64,000 nt of DNA, from assembly GCA_963663765.2 (NCBI GenBank), contig CAXXUA010000005.1, forward strand, positions 544,001 to 608,000, written 5' to 3'. Positions 8,846 through 19,302 of this stretch are shown here, piece by piece (within the stretch, counting starts at the first letter, position 1; each line of letters starts with the position of its first letter). The position numbers were made by a program, and so were the translations under genes. This stretch comes from Candidatus Poribacteria bacterium (GTDB lineage Bacteria > Poribacteria > WGA-4E > WGA-3G). The notes beneath the pieces are model-generated. The model did no database searches. It was not told where the DNA came from and worked only from the letters and a program-made list of their open reading frames with translations.

Positions 8846-10306
8846 TTATAGGCAAGGTATTGCCCTTTGAATCCGCTTCAAAACTTCGTCTTTACCGAGC
8901 AGCACGACAATATCAAAGAGACTCGGTCCGAACGATGTCCCCGTTAGTGCGATACGCAACGCCTGCATGGCTGCAACGCGTTTGATGTCGTTTTCGTCTG
9001 TGTATTTCCAAATAGCAGATTCAACGGTTTCAAGGTCAAATCCAGGGATTTTTTCTAAAACCTGTCCCAGATTTGTGAGGATCTCACAAGTTTTTTGCTT
9101 TTTCTCGTCCGAACTGCCCCACCATTTCTTGACTGCCTTTGAGTCATACTCAAAACCATCGGTAAAGAAATAACGAGTCTGAGGGATGATGTCTTGGAAT
9201 GTCGTTAGCCGTTCCCCGACTGCATTGACAATACGCTCCAACCAGTCACGTTCTTCCGTTGAATCCAATAAACCCTCTTCCTGCCAGAAAGGAATTACCG
9301 CATCTGTCCGTGTAGTTATATCAAGTTGATTAATATAATGGGAATTGAGCCACTCCAGTTTCTTAATATCAAACACGCTCCCGCTTTTTCCGACACGGGC
9401 AAGGTCAAACTTTTCTATCAGTTCATCAACAGAGAAAATTTCCTGTTTGTCGTCGTAGGACCAACCGAGTCTTGCAACGAAGTTTAGCATCGCTTCGGGG
9501 AGATAGCCTTGCTCACGGTAGCGGTTGACAGCGACAAGGTCACCGTGATGACGTTTGCTGAGTTTCCTACCAGAGTCGTCAAGCACTAATGGTATGTGTG
9601 CGAATTGGGGAAGTTTTAGATCCAGTGCGTTGGCAATAGCAATCTGTTTTGGTGTGTTGTTGAGGTGTTCAGTCCCACGGATGACATGGGTTATCTGCAT
9701 CTCTGCATCGTCAACAATAGAGGTAAGGTTGTAGTTCGGCATGCCGTTTGAACGGACAATCACCTCGTCCTCAAGGGTAGCGGAATCAATATTGCGTGAA
9801 CCAAGGATTAGATCGTCAACACGGATCGGTGTATCAGGCATCTTTATACGAACGGTGGGTTTTCTGCCTGCTGCCGTATAACGTTCAATGACTTCTGATG
9901 ATATGTGTCTGCATCTTCCATCGTAGGATCGTGTAGATTTTGCCTTACGAGATTCGGTGCGTATCTCTTCAATTTCTTTTTGTGTGCAGTAGCAGTGGTA
10001 GGCATTACCACTATCAAGTAATTGCGAGACGTACTTGTCATAGATATTTCTTCGTTCCGACTGGACATACTTCTCATCCCAATTGATACCTAACCACTTC
10101 AGGGCATCAAAAATCTCTTGCATAGACTCATCAGTGGAACGCGCCGTGTCGGTATCATCAATACGGAGGATGAATTCACCGTTGTTGTGTTTAGCAAACA
10201 GCCAGTTGAAAAGTGCTGTCCTCGCGCCACCGATATGTAAGAAACCGGTTGGTGAGGGTGCCATCCGTACCCTGATGTTGTCATATTCTGTTTTTATTTC
10301 GGTCAT
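8846..10306 (-). CDS. gltX: Glutamate--tRNA ligase
   Basis: [14 protein letters not shown] and KLSKR motifs; ATG 10306 overlaps the glnS stop (ATGA). Confidence 0.97.
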   Translation of the reverse strand: MTEIKTEYDNIRVRMAPSPTGFLHIGGARTALFNWLFAKHNNGEFILRIDDTDTARSTDESMQEIFDALKWLGINWDEKYVQSERRNIYDKYVSQLLDSGNAYHCYCTQKEIEEIRTESRKAKSTRSYDGRCRHISSEVIERYTAAGRKPTVRIKMPDTPIRVDDLILGSRNIDSATLEDEVIVRSNGMPNYNLTSIVDDAEMQITHVIRGTEHLNNTPKQIAIANALDLKLPQFAHIPLVLDDSGRKLSKRHHGDLVAVNRYREQGYLPEAMLNFVARLGWSYDDKQEIFSVDELIEKFDLARVGKSGSVFDIKKLEWLNSHYINQLDITTRTDAVIPFWQEEGLLDSTEERDWLERIVNAVGERLTTFQDIIPQTRYFFTDGFEYDSKAVKKWWGSSDEKKQKTCEILTNLGQVLEKIPGFDLETVESAIWKYTDENDIKRVAAMQALRIALTGTSFGPSLFDIVVLLGKDEVLKRIQRAIPCL

Positions 10307-12027
10307 TTCTGTCCTTTCTGTATTTTTGCCCAAGAATCTCGCAGCGGTACAGTACGGTTAAATACCAATTTTTCTGATGTTGTATCCGGGTCAATGCAAA
10401 AATATCCTATCCGTAGGAACTGATATCGGCTTTCAGGCGGTGCGTCAACAAGACTCGGTTCGACTTTACAGTTATTTAACACTTCCAGCGAGTCTGGATT
10501 GAGAAATTGAATCCAGTCAGTACCTTCCGCTGCGTTTTCCGGTTCGCGTTCTGTAAAGAGTGAGTCGTATAAACGCACCTCAGCATCAACAGCATGGTCA
10601 GCAGCAACCCAGTGCAATGTGCCTTGTACTCTACGTCCATCATCAGACCAACCCCCTCGTGTTTCTGGATCGTAAGTGCAGTGTATCTCAATGACTTCAC
10701 CGGTGTCATCTTTAACAACATTATTGCAGGTGATATAATATGCATGCTTAAGTCTAACTTCCCGTCCGGGGGCAAGTCTATAGAACTTACGCGGCGGATC
10801 TTCCATAAAATCTTCACGTTCAATGTAGATTTCTCGTGAGAAGGGAATTTCTCTTGTTCCTGCATTTTCATCTTCTGGATTATTATCCGCATCCAGCATT
10901 TCGACTTGTCCTTCAGGATAGTTGTCAATAACAACCTTGACCGGATTGAGAACAGCCATGACACGAGGTGCGCGTTTGTTCAGGTCGGCGCGGATAGAGT
11001 ATTCAAGTTGTCCTACCTCAATAAGGTTGTCGGCTTTTGAAACACCGATGCGGTTGCAAAAATCGCGAATAGCTTCAGGAGTATAACCACGACGCCGCAA
11101 ACCCGATAGCGTCGGTAATCTTGGATCGTCCCATCCGTTGACATGCCTTTCTTCAATGAGAATTTTGAGTTTCCGTTTACCGAGTACGGTATATGTAAGG
11201 TTCAAGCGAGCAAATTCTATCTGCCGAGGTTGGTAGATTTCCAGCGATTCCAAAAACCAATCGTAAAGCGGACGATGATCTTCAAACTGTACATCACATA
11301 AGGAGTGTGTAATGTCTTCAATAGAATCGGATTGTCCATGAGTAAAGTCGTAAGTGGGATAGATGCACCAATTCGTTCCATGCCGATAATGCGTTGCACG
11401 CAAGACGCGATACATCACTGGATCACGCATGTTTAAATTTGGACTTGTCATGTCTATTTTGGCACGAAGGGTACGGGAACCATCAGGAAACTCTCCATTA
11501 CGCATCCCATGAAACAGAACTATATTCTCCTCAACAGAACGGTTGCGATAGGGACTATCTTTGCCTGGTGTCACTAATGTGCCGCGATAAGTTCGCATCT
11601 CGTCTAACGTCAGATCACAGACATAAGCTTTCCCCCTTTCTATCAGTTTTATGGCATATTCATAGAGTGTCTCAAAATAGTCGGAGGCATAAAACTCACG
11701 ATCTTCCCAATCAAATCCGAGCCAATGGACATCGCGTTTGATCGCTTCTACATATTCATGCTCTTCGGTAATAGGATTGCTGTCGTCAAAGCGAAGATTG
11801 TAAAGTCCGTTATAATCTTCGGCGATACCATAACTTATACAAATTGCTTTGGCGTGTCCGATGTGGAGGTATCCACTCGGTTCGGGAGGAAACCTTGTAT
11901 GTACTCTACCCCCAAATCTATCTGAGGCAAGGTCTGCTTCAATTTCTTGTCTAATGAAATTCGTGTCAGATGTGTTGTTTGACTCTTCTTGTGTTCTTTT
12001 TTTTGAGTTGGAATTTGGACGATTCAT
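10303..12027 (-). CDS. glnS: Glutamine--tRNA ligase
   Basis: [25 protein letters not shown] and FNRTVPLRD motifs. Confidence 0.97.
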   Translation of the reverse strand: MNRPNSNSKKRTQEESNNTSDTNFIRQEIEADLASDRFGGRVHTRFPPEPSGYLHIGHAKAICISYGIAEDYNGLYNLRFDDSNPITEEHEYVEAIKRDVHWLGFDWEDREFYASDYFETLYEYAIKLIERGKAYVCDLTLDEMRTYRGTLVTPGKDSPYRNRSVEENIVLFHGMRNGEFPDGSRTLRAKIDMTSPNLNMRDPVMYRVLRATHYRHGTNWCIYPTYDFTHGQSDSIEDITHSLCDVQFEDHRPLYDWFLESLEIYQPRQIEFARLNLTYTVLGKRKLKILIEERHVNGWDDPRLPTLSGLRRRGYTPEAIRDFCNRIGVSKADNLIEVGQLEYSIRADLNKRAPRVMAVLNPVKVVIDNYPEGQVEMLDADNNPEDENAGTREIPFSREIYIEREDFMEDPPRKFYRLAPGREVRLKHAYYITCNNVVKDDTGEVIEIHCTYDPETRGGWSDDGRRVQGTLHWVAADHAVDAEVRLYDSLFTEREPENAAEGTDWIQFLNPDSLEVLNNCKVEPSLVDAPPESRYQFLRIGYFCIDPDTTSEKLVFNRTVPLRDSWAKIQKGQK

Positions 12028-12198
12028 GAATACCTCCTTGGGAATAATAAATTATACTTTCAAAATGTGTTAAAGTCAAAACAATTGGAATAGCTGCAAG
12101 TGTTTACGTTTTAAGTCTACCAAAAAATGTAACTTCTTTTTAAGGTTGACGTTAAAAACAGATAGGGGAGATAACCTTTACTCTTAGGGGGTATCAAA

Positions 12199-12408
12199 AT
12201 GAGGAAAGAAACTAAACAATATAATGCAGAGCATCAGCCTTCAGACGATAGAAAAATGGGTTATTATGAATTAGCAGTGTATTTAGCAGCTACAAAAGCT
12301 CAAGAGGAAGAATTTCGCTGGGAAAACTTTATTGATAACCTGTCTTATATATGCGACAAATATGCGTCTCATATTCAGTCAAACAACTCCTCCCACTTAG
12401 GGTTATAA
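12199..12408 (+). CDS. Small hypothetical protein
   Basis: 69 aa; AGGGGG ribosome binding site (RBS); downstream hairpin at ~12446-12479. Confidence 0.45.
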   Translation: MRKETKQYNAEHQPSDDRKMGYYELAVYLAATKAQEEEFRWENFIDNLSYICDKYASHIQSNNSSHLGL

Positions 12409-12562
12409 TTACATAGCGATAATATAAGTGTCTCAAGTCCTACTTTAAAGGGTAGTGTTTTCCAGAACCTACCCTTTAATTTTCGCAATAAGTAGTTTTG
12501 GGATAATGTAAAAAAATGACACCTTTTGACATCATTTCAACATTTATTAATTTTTTTAATAA

Positions 12563-12854
12563 TCAGGAGCGAGTTACAAAGTCTGCAATTTTCATACCCG
12601 TAAATTGATTAAACCCCTTCCCTTTAAACGACTTAATACTTGCTTTAAAATTTTAACCTCTTGTTGTTACGAATAAACACATCAGATTTTTTTCCAAACT
12701 GGCATTCACGTATCACGAATTCTATTTCTTGGTTTTTCGGAACAAATTCTGAAAATGCCTCAGCAATTTTTTTCATATTTTGTGGGTTTTTGGCTATCAC
12801 GCGACCCAATAAGTTCTCATAATAAGTCCCTTGAACTGCATTTTGGTTTGTCAT
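12563..12854 (-). pseudogene. Decayed PD-(D/E)xK restriction endonuclease
   Basis: KKSDVFI, then after a frameshift NFKASIKSFKGKGFNQF; resembles the HinP1I-type K.D...K....GFNQ core; directly follows the methylase. Confidence 0.6.
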
Positions 12855-12865
12855 TCACTCCCCTA

Positions 12866-13696
12866 TTAATATTTAAAAGCAATCATTTCCTTGCTTTTAT
12901 TTTGAGTAATATATTGCAACGATCTCATTAGAGTAATGGAGCGAACTGTGTAGGATTCAGGAAGGTCAAATATTTCAGGGTGATTCTGTTCGGATAAGAT
13001 AACTTTATTTTTTAATTCAATAGTTCTTAAAAACTGATTGAACTCACCTAAATTGAGAACACCATTATAATGTCCATTGGTATTATTGAAATAGGGTGGG
13101 TCAAGATATAAAAAAGAGTTATCAAGACAAGTAAAATCTTTATAATCCTTGTTCATGATGGTTAAGTCTTGAATGGTTTCACTTAAACTCAACAATGATT
13201 GAAGATTTACTTTCGGACATGAACTGCCTTTTCTGATAGGCGAATTGAATTTGTTGCTTGAATTAAATCTGATCTTCCCTGAAAATGCGTTCTTCGCAAG
13301 ATAAAGGAAGTTCGCCGCTCCCTCTACACCGTTTTCTAAACATAGATTCCTGACGTGGTAATAATATTCGGTAGAAGAATTTTTATAATGATCATTATAC
13401 AAATCCCATAACCTGTTTGGAGATGTCTGAACATACTGTATCAGGTTGACAACAATCGGGTTATTGTCGTTATAGGTAACGCGATGAGATCCGAACCGAT
13501 TGCACGCATAAAAAGAAAATGCCCCTCCACCTCCAAAAATATCATAAATACGACATGTAAGGTTATCAGGTATTATTTTATCAAAAATATCACTGAATCC
13601 TGCTTTGCATCCAATGTAGGGAATTATTTTTAGATCCGTGCGCTTGTTTTTTACAAAATACTCCGATTGCTGTATGCTTGCCCAGTCTTTATTCAT
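12866..13696 (-). CDS. DNA adenine methyltransferase (Dam/D12 class)
   Basis: IPYIGCK, DIFGGGG (motif I), YLDPPY (motif IV). Confidence 0.92.
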   Translation of the reverse strand: MNKDWASIQQSEYFVKNKRTDLKIIPYIGCKAGFSDIFDKIIPDNLTCRIYDIFGGGGAFSFYACNRFGSHRVTYNDNNPIVVNLIQYVQTSPNRLWDLYNDHYKNSSTEYYYHVRNLCLENGVEGAANFLYLAKNAFSGKIRFNSSNKFNSPIRKGSSCPKVNLQSLLSLSETIQDLTIMNKDYKDFTCLDNSFLYLDPPYFNNTNGHYNGVLNLGEFNQFLRTIELKNKVILSEQNHPEIFDLPESYTVRSITLMRSLQYITQNKSKEMIAFKY

Positions 13697-13858
13697 TCAT
13701 TATTTTTCTTGCTGTGGACATTTGAACTTATCATACACACTTCCTAAAAACTTCCAAAAGATGTTGACATAACGATATAGGTTTCGTCCACTTCTATGAT
13801 ACCATGTAGTAATCCCTCTCTTTTTGACAATTTCTGCTCGGGAACGTGTCATTATATA

Positions 13859-14088
13859 AATACCTTCGCCAATAATAGACATTCTTCCAGATTGTGCGGG
13901 TAGTTGTAGCACATTCTTCCAGATTGTGCGGGTAGTTGTAGCACATTCTTCCAGATTGTGCGGGTAGTTGTAGCACATTCTTCCAGATTGTGCGGGTAGT
14001 TGTAGCACATTCTTCCAGATTGTGCGGGTAGTTGTAGCACATTCTTCCAGATTGTGCATATAAATTATTCTGTCAGATTGCTGATATA
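13859..14088. repeat. 32-bp tandem repeat module (5.6 units) with conserved flanks
   Basis: ACATTCTTCCAGATTGTGCGGGTAGTTGTAGC units across 13879-14057; flanks shared with 43009-43142. Confidence 0.95.
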
Positions 14089-14122
14089 GTCATTTCTATT
14101 GTCAAATTAGAGGCTATGATAA

Positions 14123-14482
14123 CAGGGTTATTCAGTTTTCAATATTTTTGATAATATTTTGCTATGTCGTTAATTTTATGTGTTGCCATCTTGTCCATGT
14201 CTTTAGTCCCGTAGGGACGATATGTTTATAGAAACATGTTATCTATCCCTCTTGAGTTCCGTAGGAACGAAATAGAAAAATAAACATATCGTCCCTACGG
14301 GACTAAAGAACTGGGGAGGGTATTCGTTTTCTATAAACATATCGTCCCTACGGGACTAAAGAGCGATATTCATTTTTCAATAATCTAAAACTGATGCAGA
14401 AAGTTCGGTTAGGAAACCAAACCTGGGTATTAACTTTCAGTAAATCTCAATAACAGAAAACTCTTAAAACTAAATAACCCTG
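14123..14482. mobile_element. MITE family B (~360 bp)
   Basis: TIR CAGGGTTATTCAGTTTT / AAAACTAAATAACCCTG; 9-bp TSD CTATGATAA; internal TAGTCCCGTAGGGACGA repeats. Confidence 0.9.
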
Positions 14483-14756
14483 CTATGATAAAAAAATACT
14501 TAAACGAAAACCTGAAGTTATTTTTATTTATATAATCCTAACAATATCACAGAGCAATGGTAGATCAACACTATATACTCATTCAACTGAAGCACTCAAA
14601 AATGGCGAAGGTATTGATTATATACCATGCCGTTTTTTTGATTCAAGTCTAAATCGCACGTCACAGAGTTATTCAGTTTTAAGAATCTATCGTTATGCCA
14701 GTTAACTTTGGGTTAAAATTAGAGATATATAGGGATTTTTGTGGTATTCTTGTTTA

Positions 14757-14939
14757 TTGTCTGAACAAGGATTTTCTGGATTTATCTCATCAAGGGTTTT
14801 TGATATGCGTTTATGCTCTCTTTTGGAATAGGATTGGATGAGAAAAATCTTGATAATCTACTAATCCCGAGGAATGCCTAAATGGCATTCATACCGTTGA
14901 TTTCTTGATTTCTTGATTTGAAAATCCTGGTTCAGACAA
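14757..14939. mobile_element. MITE with TGTCTGAAC ends containing a GAATGCC-hairpin insert
   Basis: TTGTCTGAACAAGGATTTT...AAAATCCTGGTTCAGACAA; related left end at 37162. Confidence 0.7.
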
Positions 14940-14982
14940 AGAATGAGTTAACTACACAAAAATAAACTAACTCAAGGATTAA

Positions 14983-16224
14983 CTAAACGACTTCGCTCAG
15001 TTTCGGATGACTCTTGAAGATATTTATTAAGTTCATTACTAACTTTTCAGGATCGTGACGAATAACGTTCATTTGAGTGCCACCCAACCAAGTGCCAATC
15101 TCCGTAACCACCATGTCTCTGATTAAATCTGCTTCAACAACGGTAATGCCTTCATCTTCAAGTCTTTCCTGCTCGCGGTTATAGGAAACCTGAACTTTTG
15201 ATGCGTCAGCAACTTGCATAGTTTCAGCAGAGAGTGTTGAAATATCTTTCGCAAGGTCAAGTACTTCCATCAGATGTTCGGTATTTTCAGCAAGCTTCGA
15301 AAGCCCCTCATCAGATAGAGACCGAATCCGAGTAAGTTGTGAAACCAATTCATTCCGAACATACCCTTGCATGATCTCTTTCGGTGCAGGTTGATTGTTG
15401 ACTAAGGCGTAATCTATAGGAATCTTAGCGTGATCAAGGATAGCGTTGACATGGTCAGTGACAGCGTAACCATCTGTTTCACCCGGTTGTGTCATCACAT
15501 TGCATACGTAGATTTTCAGGGCATTAGAACGTTGAATGGCTTCAACGATGCCTTTTATCACAAGATTCGGCATGATGCTAGTGTAGAGACTTCCTGGACC
15601 GATGATAATTGCATCCGCATTAATGAGTGCATCCTTTGCTGTTTCATGTGCTTGACATTCATAATCTTCCGAGATGTCATGATTCGTTTTACCGTTTTCA
15701 CGCGGTTCAAAGAAGACACGTCGTATAGGTTCCCTATTCTCGCGTATTGGAATGGTTGATTCACCACGTACTATCTCACCATCTGTAAGTTCTGCACAAA
15801 GCACTGTATAATCTAAGGTGACAGGGATAATTTGTCCGCGTACGGAAAGGAGTCGGGATGCGGCTTGAATCGCTCTCGGGAAGTTGCCTTGTATTTCTGT
15901 CAGTGCAGTTAATAAAAGATTCCCGATCGTATGTCCCCCAAGGTCGCCATTGCTTGAAAATCTATATTCAAAAAGCCGTGCAAGTTCATCAGCATCGGAT
16001 AGTGTATACAAAAGCCTGCGAATATCGCCAGGTGGAAGCACATCAAATTCTTCTACAAGACGTCCAGAACTGCCGCCATCGTCAGAAACAGTAACAATCG
16101 CTGCCAAACTATCCAGATTAATTATTTTCTCGTTATCTGATTCAAGATCGGCATAGTACTTAAGTCCACTAAGGAGTGCGGATAACCCACTACCTCCACC
16201 GATACAGGCAATTTTCAAAGACAT
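14983..16224 (-). CDS. yvcK: YvcK/GlmR (CofD-like) family protein
   Basis: IGGGSG, DDGGSSG, PPGDIR, GPGSLYTS and RHD motifs. Confidence 0.88.
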   Translation of the reverse strand: MSLKIACIGGGSGLSALLSGLKYYADLESDNEKIINLDSLAAIVTVSDDGGSSGRLVEEFDVLPPGDIRRLLYTLSDADELARLFEYRFSSNGDLGGHTIGNLLLTALTEIQGNFPRAIQAASRLLSVRGQIIPVTLDYTVLCAELTDGEIVRGESTIPIRENREPIRRVFFEPRENGKTNHDISEDYECQAHETAKDALINADAIIIGPGSLYTSIMPNLVIKGIVEAIQRSNALKIYVCNVMTQPGETDGYAVTDHVNAILDHAKIPIDYALVNNQPAPKEIMQGYVRNELVSQLTRIRSLSDEGLSKLAENTEHLMEVLDLAKDISTLSAETMQVADASKVQVSYNREQERLEDEGITVVEADLIRDMVVTEIGTWLGGTQMNVIRHDPEKLVMNLINIFKSHPKLSEVV

Positions 16225-16355
16225 AATTTCTCCAAACCACAAAGAAACTGATTGTTATTTCTAAAGCAAACCTGACGTAACAAAACAGTAAGTTATAAAA
16301 TGTCCGAATTATCAATGTCAAAAATAAAGGACAAGTTTTGTCATAAATAACGCAA

Positions 16356-17762
16356 TTAGTGTCTTATTTGTTTCATTAACTTATTCAAACTTTCAAGTGT
16401 TTCATCACAAAGTGTCTCGGCTTCTGATGCTGTAGGTGCTTCGCTGAAAACACGAATAACCGGTTCCGTTCCAGATTTACGAATGTTTACCCATCTATCG
16501 TCCCATACACGTTTAATACCATCGGTTAACTCAAGAGATGGTTTTGGTTTGTGTGTTGAACTCGGTTCTTTTTCATAATAACCTAAAGCATTCTCAATGA
16601 GTTGTGTCGCAATCTTTTGCGATGGAATTTCCAGTTTTTTACGACACATTTCATATTTTGGCATCGCATCAACAAGCTCAGTCACTGTGCTATTTGATTC
16701 TGCTATGTATTGAACGATTGCTGCGATAGAAGCGATCCCATCTGTGGTATAGTTAATCGATGGATAAATCACGCCACCAGTGCCTTCACCACCGATAACA
16801 GCGTTGACTTCATTCATCTTTTCAACCACCCAACCTACACCGACTTTTGTGCGATGTAATTTCACACCGTGTTTAGCAGCAATATCATCCATCATACGAC
16901 TTGTTGATACTGTGACGACTATATCTCCAATTGTTTTATTTAAAATGAAATCTGCTACAAAAGCAATGGTCCATTCTCCACTCAGAGGAACACCCTGATC
17001 AGTAACAACAACGACTCTATCCGCATCGCCATCGTGTGCAAAACCGACATCTGCCTCGAAGACACGTACCTCTTCGCAAAGTTCGGCTATAGCATCAGGT
17101 GTCGGTTCTGCGGAACGACGAAAATTACCATCCGGGACACAATTAATTTCAATCGCTTCACAGCCAAATTCCTGCAATAAGTCCGGACTAATTACACCCC
17201 CCGCACCATTACCACAATCAAGCACTACTTTCAATTTAGCATCTTGGACTAAACCGATGTCAAGCCAGGGAGAATTGAAAATCTGTTCAAGGTGATGTGT
17301 CGTTGCATTCTCAAGTTCTTCAAGTGTTCCCTGCTTGTCCCACGGGGCAAGCGCAAAATCTTCCGTTTCAAAAATATGTATTAATTCGTCTCGGTCTGTT
17401 TGTGTCAGAAGTTTACCAGATTCTGTAGCAAATTCTATGCCATTCCACTCAACTGGGTTATGGCTTGCAGTGATAGTGATACTACCTGCTGCGTTCAAAG
17501 ACTTTGCCATCATCAATACAGTAGGAGTAGGACATAAACCTACGTCAATCACGTGGCAACCCGTAGCGAAGAGTCCAGCAATTACTGCATGCCGTATCAT
17601 CGGGCTTGAGGTGCGCGAATCCCGTCCTATTACTACGGTTTTACCTCCAACAAAAGTGCCAAATGCAAGTGAAAACCGAGTAATGGTACTTGCATCCAGT
17701 GAAATGCCAACCTGTCCACGAACACCTGAAACGCTGATGATAGGGTCTTCTGTTTTTGCCAT
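16356..17762 (-). CDS. glmM: Phosphoglucosamine mutase / phosphohexomutase
   Basis: TASHNP, DGDADR, GGEGTG and RKSGTEP motifs. Confidence 0.8.
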   Translation of the reverse strand: MAKTEDPIISVSGVRGQVGISLDASTITRFSLAFGTFVGGKTVVIGRDSRTSSPMIRHAVIAGLFATGCHVIDVGLCPTPTVLMMAKSLNAAGSITITASHNPVEWNGIEFATESGKLLTQTDRDELIHIFETEDFALAPWDKQGTLEELENATTHHLEQIFNSPWLDIGLVQDAKLKVVLDCGNGAGGVISPDLLQEFGCEAIEINCVPDGNFRRSAEPTPDAIAELCEEVRVFEADVGFAHDGDADRVVVVTDQGVPLSGEWTIAFVADFILNKTIGDIVVTVSTSRMMDDIAAKHGVKLHRTKVGVGWVVEKMNEVNAVIGGEGTGGVIYPSINYTTDGIASIAAIVQYIAESNSTVTELVDAMPKYEMCRKKLEIPSQKIATQLIENALGYYEKEPSSTHKPKPSLELTDGIKRVWDDRWVNIRKSGTEPVIRVFSEAPTASEAETLCDETLESLNKLMKQIRH

Positions 17763-17789
17763 GAATCTCTCTGTATTTGCAGTTACATC

Positions 17790-18560
17790 TTATTGAATTG
17801 ATGTATACTTATTGGATTTAGTCATATACCATGTCCATAAAAAACAACACCCGCCTATAGTAAATTGCCAGAAAGCGTTAAGATACCAAGGGGGATACGT
17901 GAAATCGTAATCCGTAATCGGTGTTTTGTGGTAGAGTAAAGGATTTCTAAAAATATCCAATCCATCAAAAATATTGCACACTGCAATGAGTGGATTGAGA
18001 TTGAGAACTGGTTGAATAATCGGTTGTATGTTGTTAATGTAACGTCCAAAAGGCGTAAGTAAGAACACACTTCCGATTAAGATACCAGATAAGACATAAG
18101 CAAGTTCTGCGCCGAAGATAACGTCCTTTAATAACCTTGCTCCACACATACCAACCGCACCTGTTGATAAACTATAAAATCCCAACACGACCAGCATTTT
18201 CAACGCTTTTCCTATTGACACATCAGTGACAAAAACAGCAAGACATATTGACAAAAACACCCAGCATAGCAGAGGTATCTGACTCATTGCAAGTCGTATC
18301 AAAAGAGATTTTCCAAAAGAGATAGGGGTGAGTGATAGCTGATGCACAGAAGCGACAGACTGTGACATACTACTTGCTGCCAGATAAGGGGCAACCAATA
18401 GCACAACGAATACTTGTGCAAGCGCAAAACATACCGAAGGTGAACCAAGTTTCGCATGTGTCAACAACTGATAGACCAACCATTGCAGCAAACTTGCAAT
18501 CCCTATACAAACAACGATCATCTTCATCTTGTTTTGCTTCGTCTCAATAACGATTTTCAT
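17790..18560 (-). CDS. Polytopic membrane protein (ABC-2 permease-like)
   Basis: About 6 hydrophobic segments; LNPL motif. Confidence 0.6.
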   Translation of the reverse strand: MKIVIETKQNKMKMIVVCIGIASLLQWLVYQLLTHAKLGSPSVCFALAQVFVVLLVAPYLAASSMSQSVASVHQLSLTPISFGKSLLIRLAMSQIPLLCWVFLSICLAVFVTDVSIGKALKMLVVLGFYSLSTGAVGMCGARLLKDVIFGAELAYVLSGILIGSVFLLTPFGRYINNIQPIIQPVLNLNPLIAVCNIFDGLDIFRNPLLYHKTPITDYDFTYPPWYLNAFWQFTIGGCCFLWTWYMTKSNKYTSIQ

Positions 18561-18590
18561 GATTGCTATCCAGAACTTCGGTTACCCGTC

Positions 18591-19235
18591 CTAAATTTCA
18601 TGCCGAAGTTGTAAAACTGACTCAGCAATAGAGATAAGATTCGGATTGATAGTCAGTGCTTGTTTGTAAGCGTCAACAGCCTTATCTATTCTACCCAACC
18701 TCAAGTAAACGTGCCCCATGCCAGCATAAGCACCAAAATGATGAGGATTGAGTTTAATGGTCTGTTTACAATCTGAAAGCGCATTTTCCCATGCTTCCAA
18801 CACAAAATATGCAATTGCTCGTTGGTTATATCCTTCGGCAAAATTGGGTGCTGCTGCAATAACTGCTGTAAACTGTTCCACCGCTTCTGCAATTTTCTCA
18901 TTCTCTAAGTGATTTTTTCCCTCTTTAAACATTTCGTCAATGCCTTCATCGCCAGAGCGTGACCAGATTTCCCACAACGCAATTTCAGTATTTAGGCAGG
19001 TACGAACATCGTCGTTCTTGAGGTTTTCCACTAACGCTGGAACAACATGCGTACCCCCGATCAATCCAAGCGCGATTGACGCTGCACGTCCAACAAGCGG
19101 ATCGTCATTTTTTAGATAGGTAACAAGGTTATCTTCAGAATATTGTAATCTGAGAAGTTCTTTTAAACTTGCTTCATCTTCCGCATTTTTGAACATCAGC
19201 GTCGCTAATTCCGAATAACCATTGCTTATAGGCAT
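18591..19235 (-). CDS. HEAT plus TPR repeat protein
   Basis: ALWEIW followed by TPRs (P.FAEGYNQRA, P.HFGAYAGMG). Confidence 0.85.
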   Translation of the reverse strand: MPISNGYSELATLMFKNAEDEASLKELLRLQYSEDNLVTYLKNDDPLVGRAASIALGLIGGTHVVPALVENLKNDDVRTCLNTEIALWEIWSRSGDEGIDEMFKEGKNHLENEKIAEAVEQFTAVIAAAPNFAEGYNQRAIAYFVLEAWENALSDCKQTIKLNPHHFGAYAGMGHVYLRLGRIDKAVDAYKQALTINPNLISIAESVLQLRHEI

Positions 19236-19302
19236 GGGGCACTTCCTTACATCTCAATTTCAACAGATTATACCATATCAATATTAGATATAACAATCAG
19301 AG

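Noticed and set aside
13879-14057. CRISPR array
   Set aside because: The 32-bp units are directly adjacent with no unique spacers, and there are no cas genes
14603-14615. 13-bp inverted match (TGGCGAAGGTATT) to 13859-13871 as an invertible-segment boundary
   Set aside because: Short, no recombinase nearby, and could be chance
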